Assembly: GCA_028826165.1 (NCBI GenBank)
Contig: JAPDFW010000085.1
Coordinates: 248,001 to 312,000 of the forward strand
From: Anaeramoeba ignava BMAN
Lineage: Eukaryota > Protista > Anaeramoebae
Direction of reading: 5' to 3'
Length of the DNA: 64,000 bases
Below the pieces are notes generated by a model. That model was not told where the DNA came from and did no database searches. It saw nothing but the letters and a program-made list of their open reading frames with translations. Each line of letters opens with the position of its first letter. Within the stretch, counting starts at the first letter, position 1. Of this stretch, positions 21,324 to 32,436 are shown in pieces. Made by a program: the position numbers and the translations under genes.

Positions 21324-23075
21324 ATGAATGATTGTTTATTTTGGGGTGAAAATAAATATCCAATTCTTATCAAAAATGAATCAGATTCAATAAAAAAACC
21401 AATTCAATTTAAATTTGAAAATGAAAATGAAAAACAAATTAAACAAATTTCAACAAGTCTTTATTCAATAATTTTCCTTTTTGAAAATGGAAAAGCACTA
21501 GAATATATAAATGGAAAAGATTCAAATCAAAATCCTTCAAAAATCCAAATTAAAAATATTCAAAAAGTAACTGTTGATTATGAAAATGAAGCTATTTTAA
21601 CAATAGAAGGAAATGTATTTGCCAAAGGATATTATATTAATCAAGAAAAATTAAATCAATTTATCAATATTTCATCATTAATTGAAGATACAAATGATAA
21701 AATAATTCAAGATGTTGTTTCTAATGCTCATTCAATTTACTTATTAACTTCAAATCAAAATGCTTATGGAATTGGTTCAAATCAATCTTGTCAACTTGGT
21801 TTTGATTCTAAAACTCTTGAATACACAGAAAAACCAATTTTAATGATGAAAAATGTTTCTAAAATATTTTCAGGAAATTCTTCACAATTTATTTTTCTTT
21901 TAAATTCAAATCAAGAATTATTTGGATGCGGAAATAATAATCATGGTCAACTTGGATTAGGAAAATCAAGAGAAGAAACAAAAATCCAAAAATTAACTAA
22001 AATCCAAAATATTCCAAAAGGTAAAATAATTGATATTCAATGTGGAGTTATTCATTCAATAATGTTGATTGAAAATCAAAATCCAAAAAGAAAATTTTAT
22101 TCATGTGGATATTATCAATATAATGGACTTGGCAAAAATGAAAATACTTATGAATTTACCGAAATCAAATCACCTTTATTTGAAAATGATGATAATATTC
22201 TTGAAATTTCTTGTGGGAATACGCATAATTTGATTTTAACAACAAATGGGAAATTGATAGTATTTGGAACTAATTATTATGGTAAATTAGGAACTGGAGA
22301 TACAGAATATCAAAAAATTCCAATTCAAATTGAACTTCCTAAATTAAGATTTAATGAAAATATTTATAATTATCATCTTTCTTGTGGATATAACAATTCA
22401 TTTCTTTATTATTCTCCTTCTTTTTCCAATCTTGAAGAAGATTCGATAAAACTATTTCGAAGAAAAGAATTTTGTGATATTTCATTTAAAACAGAAAATG
22501 GAGAAATAATTGAAGCTCATAAATTAATATTGAAATATAGATTAAATCAAAATCAAAATGAAAATCAAATTGAAAAACTTCAAGAAATTATTTCAAAAAA
22601 ATCAATTAAAGAATCAAATCAAATATTTGAAATGATTTATTCAAACAGAATAATAAATCCAAAATTATATTCAGAAATTAAAGAAATTATAAATTCAAAT
22701 GAAAAAATTGAAGAAACAATGAAAAGAATTTATTTAAATGAAAATGAAAAAGAAAAAGATTTTATAATTGAAAGAAAAGAAAAACAATATAAATTTCCAA
22801 AATTAATATTAATAATGAGAAGTGAATTATATCGAGGAATGTTTTTATCTGTAACTGAAGATAAATCAAATAAAGTTACAGATTATAGTGAATTAAGTAA
22901 TAAATCATTTCAATTATTTGAATATTGGATTTATTCAAATCAAATTAAAGAAGGAATTCAAATTACAAAAGAAATAATTGATGAATTTAAAATTGGAATT
23001 GATTATTTTCAATTAAATCAAACAAATCCAAATTTATTTGATTTATTAATTAACAAATTTAATAATCAAAATTAA
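21324..23075 (+). CDS. RCC1-repeat / tandem BTB protein, copy 1 (intact)
   Basis: RCC1 repeats (GxNxxGQLG, IQCGxxHS) followed by BTB-like FCDISFKTENGEIIEAHKLIL and a second BTB (KDFII..PKLILIMRSELYRGMF..FEYWIYS). RCBTB/IBTK-like architecture, intronless. Confidence 0.88.
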   Translation: MNDCLFWGENKYPILIKNESDSIKKPIQFKFENENEKQIKQISTSLYSIIFLFENGKALEYINGKDSNQNPSKIQIKNIQKVTVDYENEAILTIEGNVFAKGYYINQEKLNQFINISSLIEDTNDKIIQDVVSNAHSIYLLTSNQNAYGIGSNQSCQLGFDSKTLEYTEKPILMMKNVSKIFSGNSSQFIFLLNSNQELFGCGNNNHGQLGLGKSREETKIQKLTKIQNIPKGKIIDIQCGVIHSIMLIENQNPKRKFYSCGYYQYNGLGKNENTYEFTEIKSPLFENDDNILEISCGNTHNLILTTNGKLIVFGTNYYGKLGTGDTEYQKIPIQIELPKLRFNENIYNYHLSCGYNNSFLYYSPSFSNLEEDSIKLFRRKEFCDISFKTENGEIIEAHKLILKYRLNQNQNENQIEKLQEIISKKSIKESNQIFEMIYSNRIINPKLYSEIKEIINSNEKIEETMKRIYLNENEKEKDFIIERKEKQYKFPKLILIMRSELYRGMFLSVTEDKSNKVTDYSELSNKSFQLFEYWIYSNQIKEGIQITKEIIDEFKIGIDYFQLNQTNPNLFDLLINKFNNQN

Positions 23076-23128
23076 AATTAAAATTAAAATTAAAATTAAA
23101 ATTATTTTTCATTTTTTTCTTTTCAAAA

Positions 23129-24946
23129 ATGAATGATTGTTTATTTTTTGGAAGAAATCAAAATCCAAAACTTATAAAAAATGAACCAGAAAAAATAACA
23201 AAGCCAATTCAATTTAAATTTGAAAATGAAAATGAAAATGAAAAACAAATTAAACAAATTTCAACAGGAAATTATTCAACAATTTTCCTTTTTGAAAATG
23301 GAAAAGCAATAGAATATTTAAATAGAAATGATTCAAATAAAAATCCTGAAAAAATCCAAATTGAAGAAAATATTCAAAAAGTAACTGTTGGTTATCAAAA
23401 TGAAGCTATTTTAACAATAGAAGGAAATGTATTTGCCAAAGGAAATGATATTAATTCAAAAAATTCAAATGAATTTATCAATATTTCATCATTAATTGAA
23501 GATAAAAATGATAGAATAATTGAAGATATTGTTTCTGGAGCTTGTTCAATTTACTTATTAACTTCAAATCAAAATGTTTATGGAATTGGTTTGAATCATT
23601 GGTGTCAACTTGGTTTTGATTCTGAAACACTTAAAGAAACAGAAAAACCAATTTTAATGATGAAAAATGTTTCTAAAATATTTTCAGGAAATACTTCATA
23701 TCATATTTTTCTTTTAAATTCAAATCAAGAATTATTTGGATGTGGATATAATCAATCTGGTCAACTTGGATTAGGAAAATCAATAAAAGAAAGAACAATC
23801 CAAAAATTAACTAAAATCCAAAATATTCCAAAAGGTAAAATAATTGATATTCAATGTGGAATTGCTCATTCAATAATGTTAATTGAAAATCAAAATCCAA
23901 AAAGAAAACTTTATTCATGTGGAGATCGTAATTATAATGGACTTGGCAAATATAAAAATGCTTATGAATTTACTGAAATTAAATCATCTTTATTTGAAAA
24001 TGATAATATTCTTGGTTTTTCTGTTGGATGTTTTCATACTTTGATTTTAACTTCTAATTCAAAATTAATTGGATTTGGTGCTAATTATTATGGTCAATTA
24101 GGAACTGGAGATACAAAAAATCAATTAATTCCAATTCAAATTGAACTTCCTAAATTAAGATTTAATGAAGAAATTTCTAATTATCATATTTCTTGTGGAT
24201 ATCATAAATCATTTCTTTATTATTCTCCTTCTTTTTCCAATCTTGAAGAAGATTTGATAAAATTATTTAAAAGAAAAGAATTTTGTGATATTTCATTTAA
24301 AACAGAAAATGGAGAAATAATTGAAGCTCATAAATTAATATTGAAATATAGATTAAATCAAAATCAAAATCAAATTGAAAAACTTCAAGAAATTATTTCA
24401 AAAAAATCAATTAAAGAATCAAATCAAATATTTGAAATGATTTATTCAAACAATTCCAAAATAAATCCAAAATTATATTCAGAAATTAAAGAAATTATAA
24501 ATTCCAATGAAAAAATTGAAGAAACAATTAAAAGAATTTATTTAAATGAAAATGAAAATGAAAAAGATTTTATTATTGAAAGAAAAGAAAAACAATATAA
24601 ATTTCCAAAATTAATATTAATAATGAGAAGTGAATTATATAGAGGAATGTTTTTATCTGTAACTGAAGATAAATCAAATAAAGTTACAGATTATAGTGAA
24701 TTAAGTAATAAATCATTTCAATTATTTGAATATTGGATTTATTCAAATCAAATTAAAGAAGAGATTCAAATTACAAAAGAAATAATTAATGAAATTCAAT
24801 TTGGAATTGATTATTTTCAATTAAATCAAACAAATCCAAATTTATTTGATTTATTAATTAACAAATTTAATAATCAAAATCAAAATCTAACAAAACAAAA
24901 AGAAAAAGAAAAAGAAAAAGAAAAAGAAAAATGTTTAATTTTTTAA
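23129..24946 (+). CDS. RCC1-repeat / tandem BTB protein, copy 2 (intact; C-terminal CaaX CLIF)
   Basis: Paralogue of copy 1 ending KEKEKEKEKEKCLIF*. Confidence 0.88.
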   Translation: MNDCLFFGRNQNPKLIKNEPEKITKPIQFKFENENENEKQIKQISTGNYSTIFLFENGKAIEYLNRNDSNKNPEKIQIEENIQKVTVGYQNEAILTIEGNVFAKGNDINSKNSNEFINISSLIEDKNDRIIEDIVSGACSIYLLTSNQNVYGIGLNHWCQLGFDSETLKETEKPILMMKNVSKIFSGNTSYHIFLLNSNQELFGCGYNQSGQLGLGKSIKERTIQKLTKIQNIPKGKIIDIQCGIAHSIMLIENQNPKRKLYSCGDRNYNGLGKYKNAYEFTEIKSSLFENDNILGFSVGCFHTLILTSNSKLIGFGANYYGQLGTGDTKNQLIPIQIELPKLRFNEEISNYHISCGYHKSFLYYSPSFSNLEEDLIKLFKRKEFCDISFKTENGEIIEAHKLILKYRLNQNQNQIEKLQEIISKKSIKESNQIFEMIYSNNSKINPKLYSEIKEIINSNEKIEETIKRIYLNENENEKDFIIERKEKQYKFPKLILIMRSELYRGMFLSVTEDKSNKVTDYSELSNKSFQLFEYWIYSNQIKEEIQITKEIINEIQFGIDYFQLNQTNPNLFDLLINKFNNQNQNLTKQKEKEKEKEKEKCLIF

Positions 24947-25082
24947 AAAGAAATAATAATCAATATTAAAATTAAAATTAAAATTAAAATTAAAATTAAA
25001 ATAAAAATTAAAATAAAATAAGAATAAAAAGTGATCAATAAACAAAAAAAAAGGAGAATAAAAAGAGGAAAATTTTTTTTTT

Positions 25083-25203
25083 CTTTTTCATTTTAATTAA
25101 AAAAAATTAATCATTTTTTTCTTTCATTTTAATTAAAAAAAATTAATCATTTTTTTTCTTTTCATTTTAATTAAAAAAAATTAATCATTTTTTTTCTTTT
25201 TCA
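25083..25203 (+). repeat. Three direct copies of a ~37-bp unit (TTTCATTTTAATTAAAAAAAATTAATCATTTTTTTC) in the FG-GAP gene promoter
   Basis: Directly visible; each unit carries TCATTTT motifs. Confidence 0.8.
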
Positions 25204-25268
25204 TTCTTCTTTTTCAAGAACAAAAAAAAACAAAAAAAAAAACTGAAAATAGCAAATAAAATCAAAAA

Positions 25269-27965
25269 ATGAAATCAAATCTTTTCTTTTTCCTCATTCT
25301 CAATATTTTCTTAATTCAATCAATCCAAACTCAACAAAAATCAATTTCCACAATAATTCAAGAATTAAGAACAGAAACAACAAGATATTATTCTACTCCA
25401 AATGAAGCTTGGATTTGGAATTTATTAAGCAATTTTTCAGGTTCAACAGGATACTTTGGGTGTAGTGTTTCAATTCAGAAAGATGTTCTTGTTATTGGAA
25501 CTTTCCTGGCAAATCAAGCATTTATTTACAGATATAATGGAACAAATTTTGAACTTGAACAAATTTTGAGTGAACCAGTTTTATATTTTGGAGGGGATGT
25601 TTCAGTTGATGGAAATGTTATTGCTGTGGGAGCTCATTATGGATTTCAAGTATATGTTTACAGATATAATGGAACAATTTGGAATCTTGAACAAATTTTG
25701 AGTGAACCTTCAATTCCATATTTTGGTTATTCTGTTACAGTTTCTGGAAACGTTATTGGAGTTGGAAGTTATTATGGATATCAAGTATGTGTTTACAGAT
25801 ATAATGGAACAATTTGGAATCTTGAGAAACATTTCCAGGGAGTTGCTGAATATTTTGGATTTTCTCTTTCAATTTATGGAGATGCTCTTGCTGTTGGAGC
25901 ACCTGGTCCAAATCAAACATTTATTTACAGATATAATGGATCAAATTGGAATCTTGAACAAATTTTGAGTGAATCAATTTCAGGTTTTGGGTGGAGTTGT
26001 TCAATTTATGAAAATTCTATTGTTGTCTCAAGTGATAATGGAAATCAAGTATATGTTTACAGATATAATGGATCAAATTGGAATCTTGAACAAATTTTGA
26101 GTGAATCAATTTCATATTTTGGGAATTATGTTTCAATTTATGGAGATGTTATTGCTATTGGAACGGGTGCAAAACAGGCATTTATTTACAGATATAATGG
26201 AACAAATTGGAATGAAGAAGAAATCTTCAGTGATTCAGCTCTATATTTCGGGACTTTTATTTCAGTTTATGGGAATTTTACTGCTATTGGAGCTCCTGGT
26301 GAAAATCAAGCATTTGTTTATGAAGCTCATTTAATTCCTCAAGTTAATATTCTTAATTGTTCATCTTTGTTTTCATCATTTGATTGTTATTGGGATGAAA
26401 TTCAATTTTTCAGGACTGTGAAATATCAAATTAATTATGGATATGATTGGATTGATATTGACTCTCCAATTCTTGAAGATGAGAATGTTTATTATCAACA
26501 ATTTAATTCTTCATTTTATGATAATATTACTGGGAATGAATATTATTCAATTCAAATCAAAGCTTGTGATGTTTCAACAATGAAATGTGGTGAATCTTCT
26601 TCTTTCATTAATTTAACAACAAAAATTGATTCTGTAAAAGGTTTTCATTTATCAAATCCTTCAAATTATTCAATTAATGTTACTTGGAATTATCCAAATG
26701 TTCAAATCAATGAAGGAATTGCTCATCTTAATCATTATAATCTTTCTTATTTCATTCAATCTGAACCTGATTCAATATCTTTCATTTCAGTTGATAATTC
26801 TTCACTTTCCTATCTTTTGAATAATTTAGAATGTGACAATGATTATAATGTTTCAATTTGTGGATGTAGAACACAAGAATGTGAAGGAGATGATAAAGGA
26901 GAAGTTGTTGAGTCATCTATTTCGTTATTTTTTGAAGAAGTTACAAATTTTTCATGTTCAATTTCAAATTCAATCGATATTAATTGTAATTGGAATCAAC
27001 CAATTAATTGTTCAATTCCATTTTATTATAATTTTACTTATCAATCAATTTATCAAAATGATTCAGGAAATTATCAACCAACATCATCAAATCAACAATT
27101 TACAGCTCAATTCCCAAATCAAGAATATCAAATCAATATATCAGCATGTAATTCAAACGGAAAATGTGGAGATATTTCATCAATTTCAATTAAAACTGAT
27201 AATTTAACTGCTCCAATAATTTATGAAACAATTTCCAAAATTGAAGAAATTGAATTTAATTTCACAAAATTAACAAATGCTAAAAATTATTCAATTTCAC
27301 TTAATAATGGAACAAATTGGGAAAAATTTACATCTCTTGATTTAAGTGGAAATGAAGTAATTGGAATCATAAGTGGAATACCAGGAAATATTGAATATAA
27401 TATTTCAATTCGAGGATGTATTGATTTAAATTGTGAAACACCATATTTAGGATTACCTAGTTCAATTATTTCAACAAGAGCTAAATTAGGAAATATTACT
27501 TCATTAAATTGTTATTCATTAATTAATGGATTTGTTTGTAATTGGCATCCATTAATTTTATCAAGTGGATTAAAAGGATATTCATTTACTTACAATTCAA
27601 CATTAATTTGTTTACCAAATTTAATGAATTACTATTCAATTACTTCAGGATTAAAAGGAGGAGAATATTATGAAATTTCAGTTTATTCATCATCTGATTT
27701 AAATTGTTCATTTAATGAATATTCAGGAATGAATTCAACAACATCAATCACAACATTATCCCCTTATGAACCATGTGAACCATGCCAAAAAACTGAAAAT
27801 TCAACGAATTCAAACACAACAACAATAACTGTTGGGATAATTGTTCCAGTTGCTGTTATTTCGGCAATTATTTTAGCAATTATTTTATATAAGAAAAAAA
27901 GAAAAAAACAAGTTATTAAAGAAATTATTAAAGAAAAAGAACTTCATACTGATTTAGACCTTTAA
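25269..27965 (+). CDS. Type I membrane protein: signal peptide, 7 FG-GAP-like propeller repeats, ~5 fibronectin type III domains, TM helix, short basic tail
   Basis: Hydrophobic N-terminus; seven (Y/G)FGxxVSxxGxxxxVGA..QxFxYRYNG..W repeats; FN3 motifs (INVTWNYP, YNVSICGC, YQINISACN, YEISVYS); TM ITVGIIVPVAVISAIILAIIL followed by KKKRKK. Confidence 0.85.
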   Translation: MKSNLFFFLILNIFLIQSIQTQQKSISTIIQELRTETTRYYSTPNEAWIWNLLSNFSGSTGYFGCSVSIQKDVLVIGTFLANQAFIYRYNGTNFELEQILSEPVLYFGGDVSVDGNVIAVGAHYGFQVYVYRYNGTIWNLEQILSEPSIPYFGYSVTVSGNVIGVGSYYGYQVCVYRYNGTIWNLEKHFQGVAEYFGFSLSIYGDALAVGAPGPNQTFIYRYNGSNWNLEQILSESISGFGWSCSIYENSIVVSSDNGNQVYVYRYNGSNWNLEQILSESISYFGNYVSIYGDVIAIGTGAKQAFIYRYNGTNWNEEEIFSDSALYFGTFISVYGNFTAIGAPGENQAFVYEAHLIPQVNILNCSSLFSSFDCYWDEIQFFRTVKYQINYGYDWIDIDSPILEDENVYYQQFNSSFYDNITGNEYYSIQIKACDVSTMKCGESSSFINLTTKIDSVKGFHLSNPSNYSINVTWNYPNVQINEGIAHLNHYNLSYFIQSEPDSISFISVDNSSLSYLLNNLECDNDYNVSICGCRTQECEGDDKGEVVESSISLFFEEVTNFSCSISNSIDINCNWNQPINCSIPFYYNFTYQSIYQNDSGNYQPTSSNQQFTAQFPNQEYQINISACNSNGKCGDISSISIKTDNLTAPIIYETISKIEEIEFNFTKLTNAKNYSISLNNGTNWEKFTSLDLSGNEVIGIISGIPGNIEYNISIRGCIDLNCETPYLGLPSSIISTRAKLGNITSLNCYSLINGFVCNWHPLILSSGLKGYSFTYNSTLICLPNLMNYYSITSGLKGGEYYEISVYSSSDLNCSFNEYSGMNSTTSITTLSPYEPCEPCQKTENSTNSNTTTITVGIIVPVAVISAIILAIILYKKKRKKQVIKEIIKEKELHTDLDL

Positions 27966-28215
27966 CTCCAAAATTAAAGTCAAAATTCAAATTAAAATCA
28001 AAATCAAAATTAAAATCAAAATTAAAATCAAAACTAAAATCAAAATTAAAATTAAAATTAAAACCAAAATTAAAACCAAAATTAAAATTCAAATCAAATT
28101 CAAATTCAAAATTCAAATTTCAAATTCAAATTAAAATTAAAATTAAAATTAAAATCAAAATTAAAATAAAAATTAAAATTAAAATTCAAATTAAAACTAA
28201 AATCAAAAATTTTAA
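27965..28215 (+). repeat. (AAAATT/AAAATC)n hexamer spacer; equivalent tracts at 23070-23103, 29990-30250 and 32085-32390
   Basis: Directly visible; these tracts form the intergenic spacers of the array. Confidence 0.85.
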
Positions 28216-28246
28216 ATTCATTTTTTCATTTTTTTTCTTTTCAAAA

Positions 28247-30004
28247 ATGAATGATTGTTTATTTTTTGGTTTAAATCAATTACCAACTCTGTTAAAATCT
28301 CGAAACTATCTAATAGCAAAACCAATTCAATTTAAATTTGAAAATGAAAATGAAAATGAAAAACAAATCAAACAAATTTCATCAAGTTTATTTTCAACAA
28401 TTTTCCTTTTTGAAAATGGAAAAGCAATAGAATATTTAAATGAAAGATATTCAAATCAAAATCCTGAAAAAATCCAAATTGAAAATATTCAAAAAGTATC
28501 TGTTGGTGTTGAAAATGAAGCTATTTTAACAAAAGAAGGAAATGTATTTGCCAAAGGAAAATATATTAATTCAAATAATCCAAATGAATTTATCAATATT
28601 TCATCATTAATTGAAGATACAAAATGATAGAATAATTGAAGATATTGTTTCTGGTGCTTATTCAATTTACTTATTAACTTCAAATCAAAATGTTTATGGA
28701 ATTGGTTCAAATAGATCAGGTCAACTTGGATTTCAAAAAGTTTATGAAACATACCAACCAATTTTAATGATGAAAAATGTTTCTAAAATATTTTCAGGAA
28801 ATACTTCAAGATTTGTTTTTCTTTTAAATTCAAATCAAGAATTATTTGGATGCGGATGGAATGAATATGGTCAACTTGGATTAGGAGAATCAATAAAAGA
28901 AAAAAAAATCCAAAAATCAACCAAAATACAAAATATTCCAAAAGGAAAGATAATTGATATTCAATGTGGATTTAATCATTCAATAATGTTGATTGAAGAA
29001 GAAGATGAAAATCCAAAAAGAAAACTTTATTCATGTGGGTATTATAAATATAATGGACTTGGCAAAGATGAAGATATTTATGAATTTACTGAAATCAAAT
29101 CATCTTTATTTGAAAATGATAATATTCTTGAAATTTCTGTTGGAGATATCATACTTTGATTTTAACTTCCAAAGGGAAATTAATAGCATTTGGAAATAAT
29201 GATTTTTGTCAGATAACACAACAATATACAAAAAGTCAATTAATTCCAATTCAAATTGAACTTCCTAAATTAAGATTTAATGAAGAAATTTCCAGTTATC
29301 ATATTTCTTGTGGAGAAAATAACTCATTTGTATTTTATGCTTCTTTTTCCAATCTTGAAGAAGATTTGATAAAACTATTTGAAAGAAAAGAATTTTGTGA
29401 TATTTCATTTAAAACCGAAAATGGAGAAATAATTGAAGCTCATAAATTAATATTGAAATATAGATTAAATCAAAATCAAAATGAAATTGAAAAACTTCAA
29501 GAAATTATTTCAAATAAATCAATTAAAGAATCTAATCAAATATTTGAAATGATTTATTCAAACAGAATAATAAATCCAAAATTATATTCTGAAATTAAAG
29601 AAATTATAAATTCAAATGAAAAAATTGAAGAAACAATGAAAAGAATTTATTTAAATGAAAATGAAAATGAAAATGAAAAAGATTTTATTATTGAAAGAAA
29701 AGAAAAACAATATAAATTTCCTAAATTAATATTAATAATGAGAAGTGAATTATATAGAGGAATGTTTTTATCTGTAACAGAAGATAAATCAAATAAAGTT
29801 ACAGATTATAGTGAATTAAGTAATAAATCATTTCAAATATTTGAATATTGGATTTATTCAAATCAAATTAAAGATGAAATTCAAATTACACAAGAAATTA
29901 TTAATGAAATTCAAATTGGAATTGATTATTTTCAATTAAATCAAACAAATCCAAATTTATTTGATTTATTAATTAACAAATTTAATAATCAAAATCAAAA
30001 TTAA
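28247..30004 (+). CDS. RCC1-repeat / tandem BTB protein, copy 3 (frameshifts at ~28622 and ~29146; assembly error or pseudogene)
   Basis: ORFs 28247-28627, 28611-29159 and 29156-30004 are consecutive parts of one paralogue. Confidence 0.8.
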
Positions 30005-30277
30005 AATTAAATTTAAAATTAAAATCAAAATTAAAATCAAAATTAAAATTAAAATTAAAAATAAAATTTAAATTAAAATCAAAATCAAAATTAAAATTAA
30101 AATCAAAATTAAAATTAAAATCAAAATCAAAATCAAAATTAAAATCAAAATTAAAATTTAAATTAAAAATAAAAACCAAAATTAAAATCTAAAATCAAAA
30201 TTAAAATTAAAATCAAAATCAAAATTAAAATTAAAATTAAAATCAAAATTCATTTTTTCATTTTTTTCTTTTCAAAA

Positions 30278-32087
30278 ATGAATGAAATTATATTTTTTGG
30301 TGAAAATGAATTTCCAATTCTTTTCAAAAATGAACCATATAGAATAACAAAACCAATTCAATTTAAATTTGAAAATGAAAATGAAAATGAAAATGAAAAT
30401 GAAAATGAAAATGAAAATGAAAATGAAAAACAAATTAAACAAATTTCATCAGGTCTTTATTCAACAATTTTCCTTTTTAAAAATGGAAAAGCAATAGAAT
30501 ATTTAAGTGGAAATGATTTAAATCAAAATCCTGAAAAAATCCAAATTGAAAATATTCAAAAAGTAACTGTTAATTCTCGAAATGAAGCTATTTTAACAAT
30601 AGAAGGAAATGTATTTGCCAAAGGAAAAGATATTAATCCAAAAAATTCAAAAAAATTTATCAATATTTCATCATTAATTGAAGATAAAAATGATAGAATA
30701 ATTCAAGATATTGTTTCTGGTGCTTATTCAATTTATTTATTAACTTCAAATCAAAATGCTTATGGAATTGGTTTAAATGAACATGGTCAACTTGGTTTTG
30801 ATTTTAAAAAACTTGAAAAAACAGAAAAACCAATTTTAATGATGAAAAATGTTTCTAAAATATTTTCAGGAAATACTTCACTTTATGTTTTTCTTTTGAA
30901 TTCAAATCAAGAATTATTTGGATCTGGATATAATCAATATGGCCAACTTGGATTAGAAGAATCAATAACAGAAAAAGAAGAAATAAAAATCGATAAATTA
31001 ACCAAAATCCAAAATATTCCAAAAGGCAAAATAATTGATATTCAATGTGGGTGGCTTCATTCAATAATGTTGATTGAAAATGAAGATGAAAATGAAAATC
31101 TAAAAAGAAAACTTTATTCATGTGGAAAATATGGTTATAATGGACTTGGCAAAACTAAAGATACTTATGAATTTACTGAAATCAAATCATCTTTATTTGA
31201 AAATGATGATATTCTTGATTTTTCTGTTGGAAATTCTCATACTTTGATTTTAACTTCCAATTCAAAATTAATAGTATTTGGATATAATTTTTATAGTCAA
31301 TTAGGAACTGGAGATATAAAAAACCATTTAATTCCAATTCAAATCGAACTTCCTAAATTAAGATTTAATGAAGATATTTCCAATTATCATATTTATTGTG
31401 AAAATGAAAAATCATTTCTTTATTATTCTCCTCCTTCTTTTTCCAATCTTGAAGAAGATTTGATAAAATTATTTAAAAGAAAAGAATTTTGTGATATTTC
31501 ATTTAAAACCAAAAATGGAGAAATAATTAAAGCTCATAAATTAATATTGAAATATAGATTAAATCAAAATCAAAATCAAAATCAAATTGAAAAACTTCAA
31601 GAAATTATTTCAAAAACATCAATTAAAGAATCAAATCAAATATTTGAAATGATTTATTCAAACAAAATAATAAATCCAAAATTATATTCAGAAATTAAAG
31701 AAATTATAAATTCCAATGAAAAAATTGAAGAAACAATGAAAAGAATTTATTTAAATGAAAATGAAAATGAAAAAGATTTTATTATTGAAAGAAAAGAAAA
31801 ACAATATAAATTTCCAAAATTAATATTAATAATGAGAAGTGAATTATATCGAGGAATGTTTTTATCTGTAACTGAAGATAAATCAAATAAAGTTACAGAT
31901 TATAGTGAATTAAGTGAAGAATCATTTCAAATATTTGAATATTGGATTTATTCAAATCAAATTAAAGATGAAATTCAAATTACACAAGAAATAATTAATG
32001 AAATTAGAAACTGGAATTGATTATTTTCAATTAAATCAAACAAATCCAAATTTATTTGATTTATTAATTAACAAATTTAATAATTAA
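30278..32087 (+). CDS. RCC1-repeat / tandem BTB protein, copy 4 (frameshift at ~32008)
   Basis: The family C-terminus GIDYFQLNQTNPNLFDLLINKFNN* continues in another frame to TAA at 32085-32087. Confidence 0.82.
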
Positions 32088-32436
32088 AATTAAAATTAAA
32101 ATCAAAATTTAAAATTAAAATTAAAATCAAAATTTAAATTAAAAATTAAAAATTAAATTAAAATTAAAATTAAAATTAAAATTAAAATTAAAATTAAAAT
32201 TAAAATTAAAATTAAAATTAAAATTAAAATTAAAATTAAAATTAAAATTAAAATTAAAATTAAAATTAAAATTAAAATTAAAATCAAAATTTAAATCAAA
32301 ATTAAAATCAAAATTCAAAATCAAATTTAAAATCAAAATCAAAATCAAAATTAAAATTAAAATCAAAATTAAAAATTCAAAAATTAAAATTCATTTTTTT
32401 CATTTTTTTCATTTTTCATTTTTTTTCTTTTCAAAA

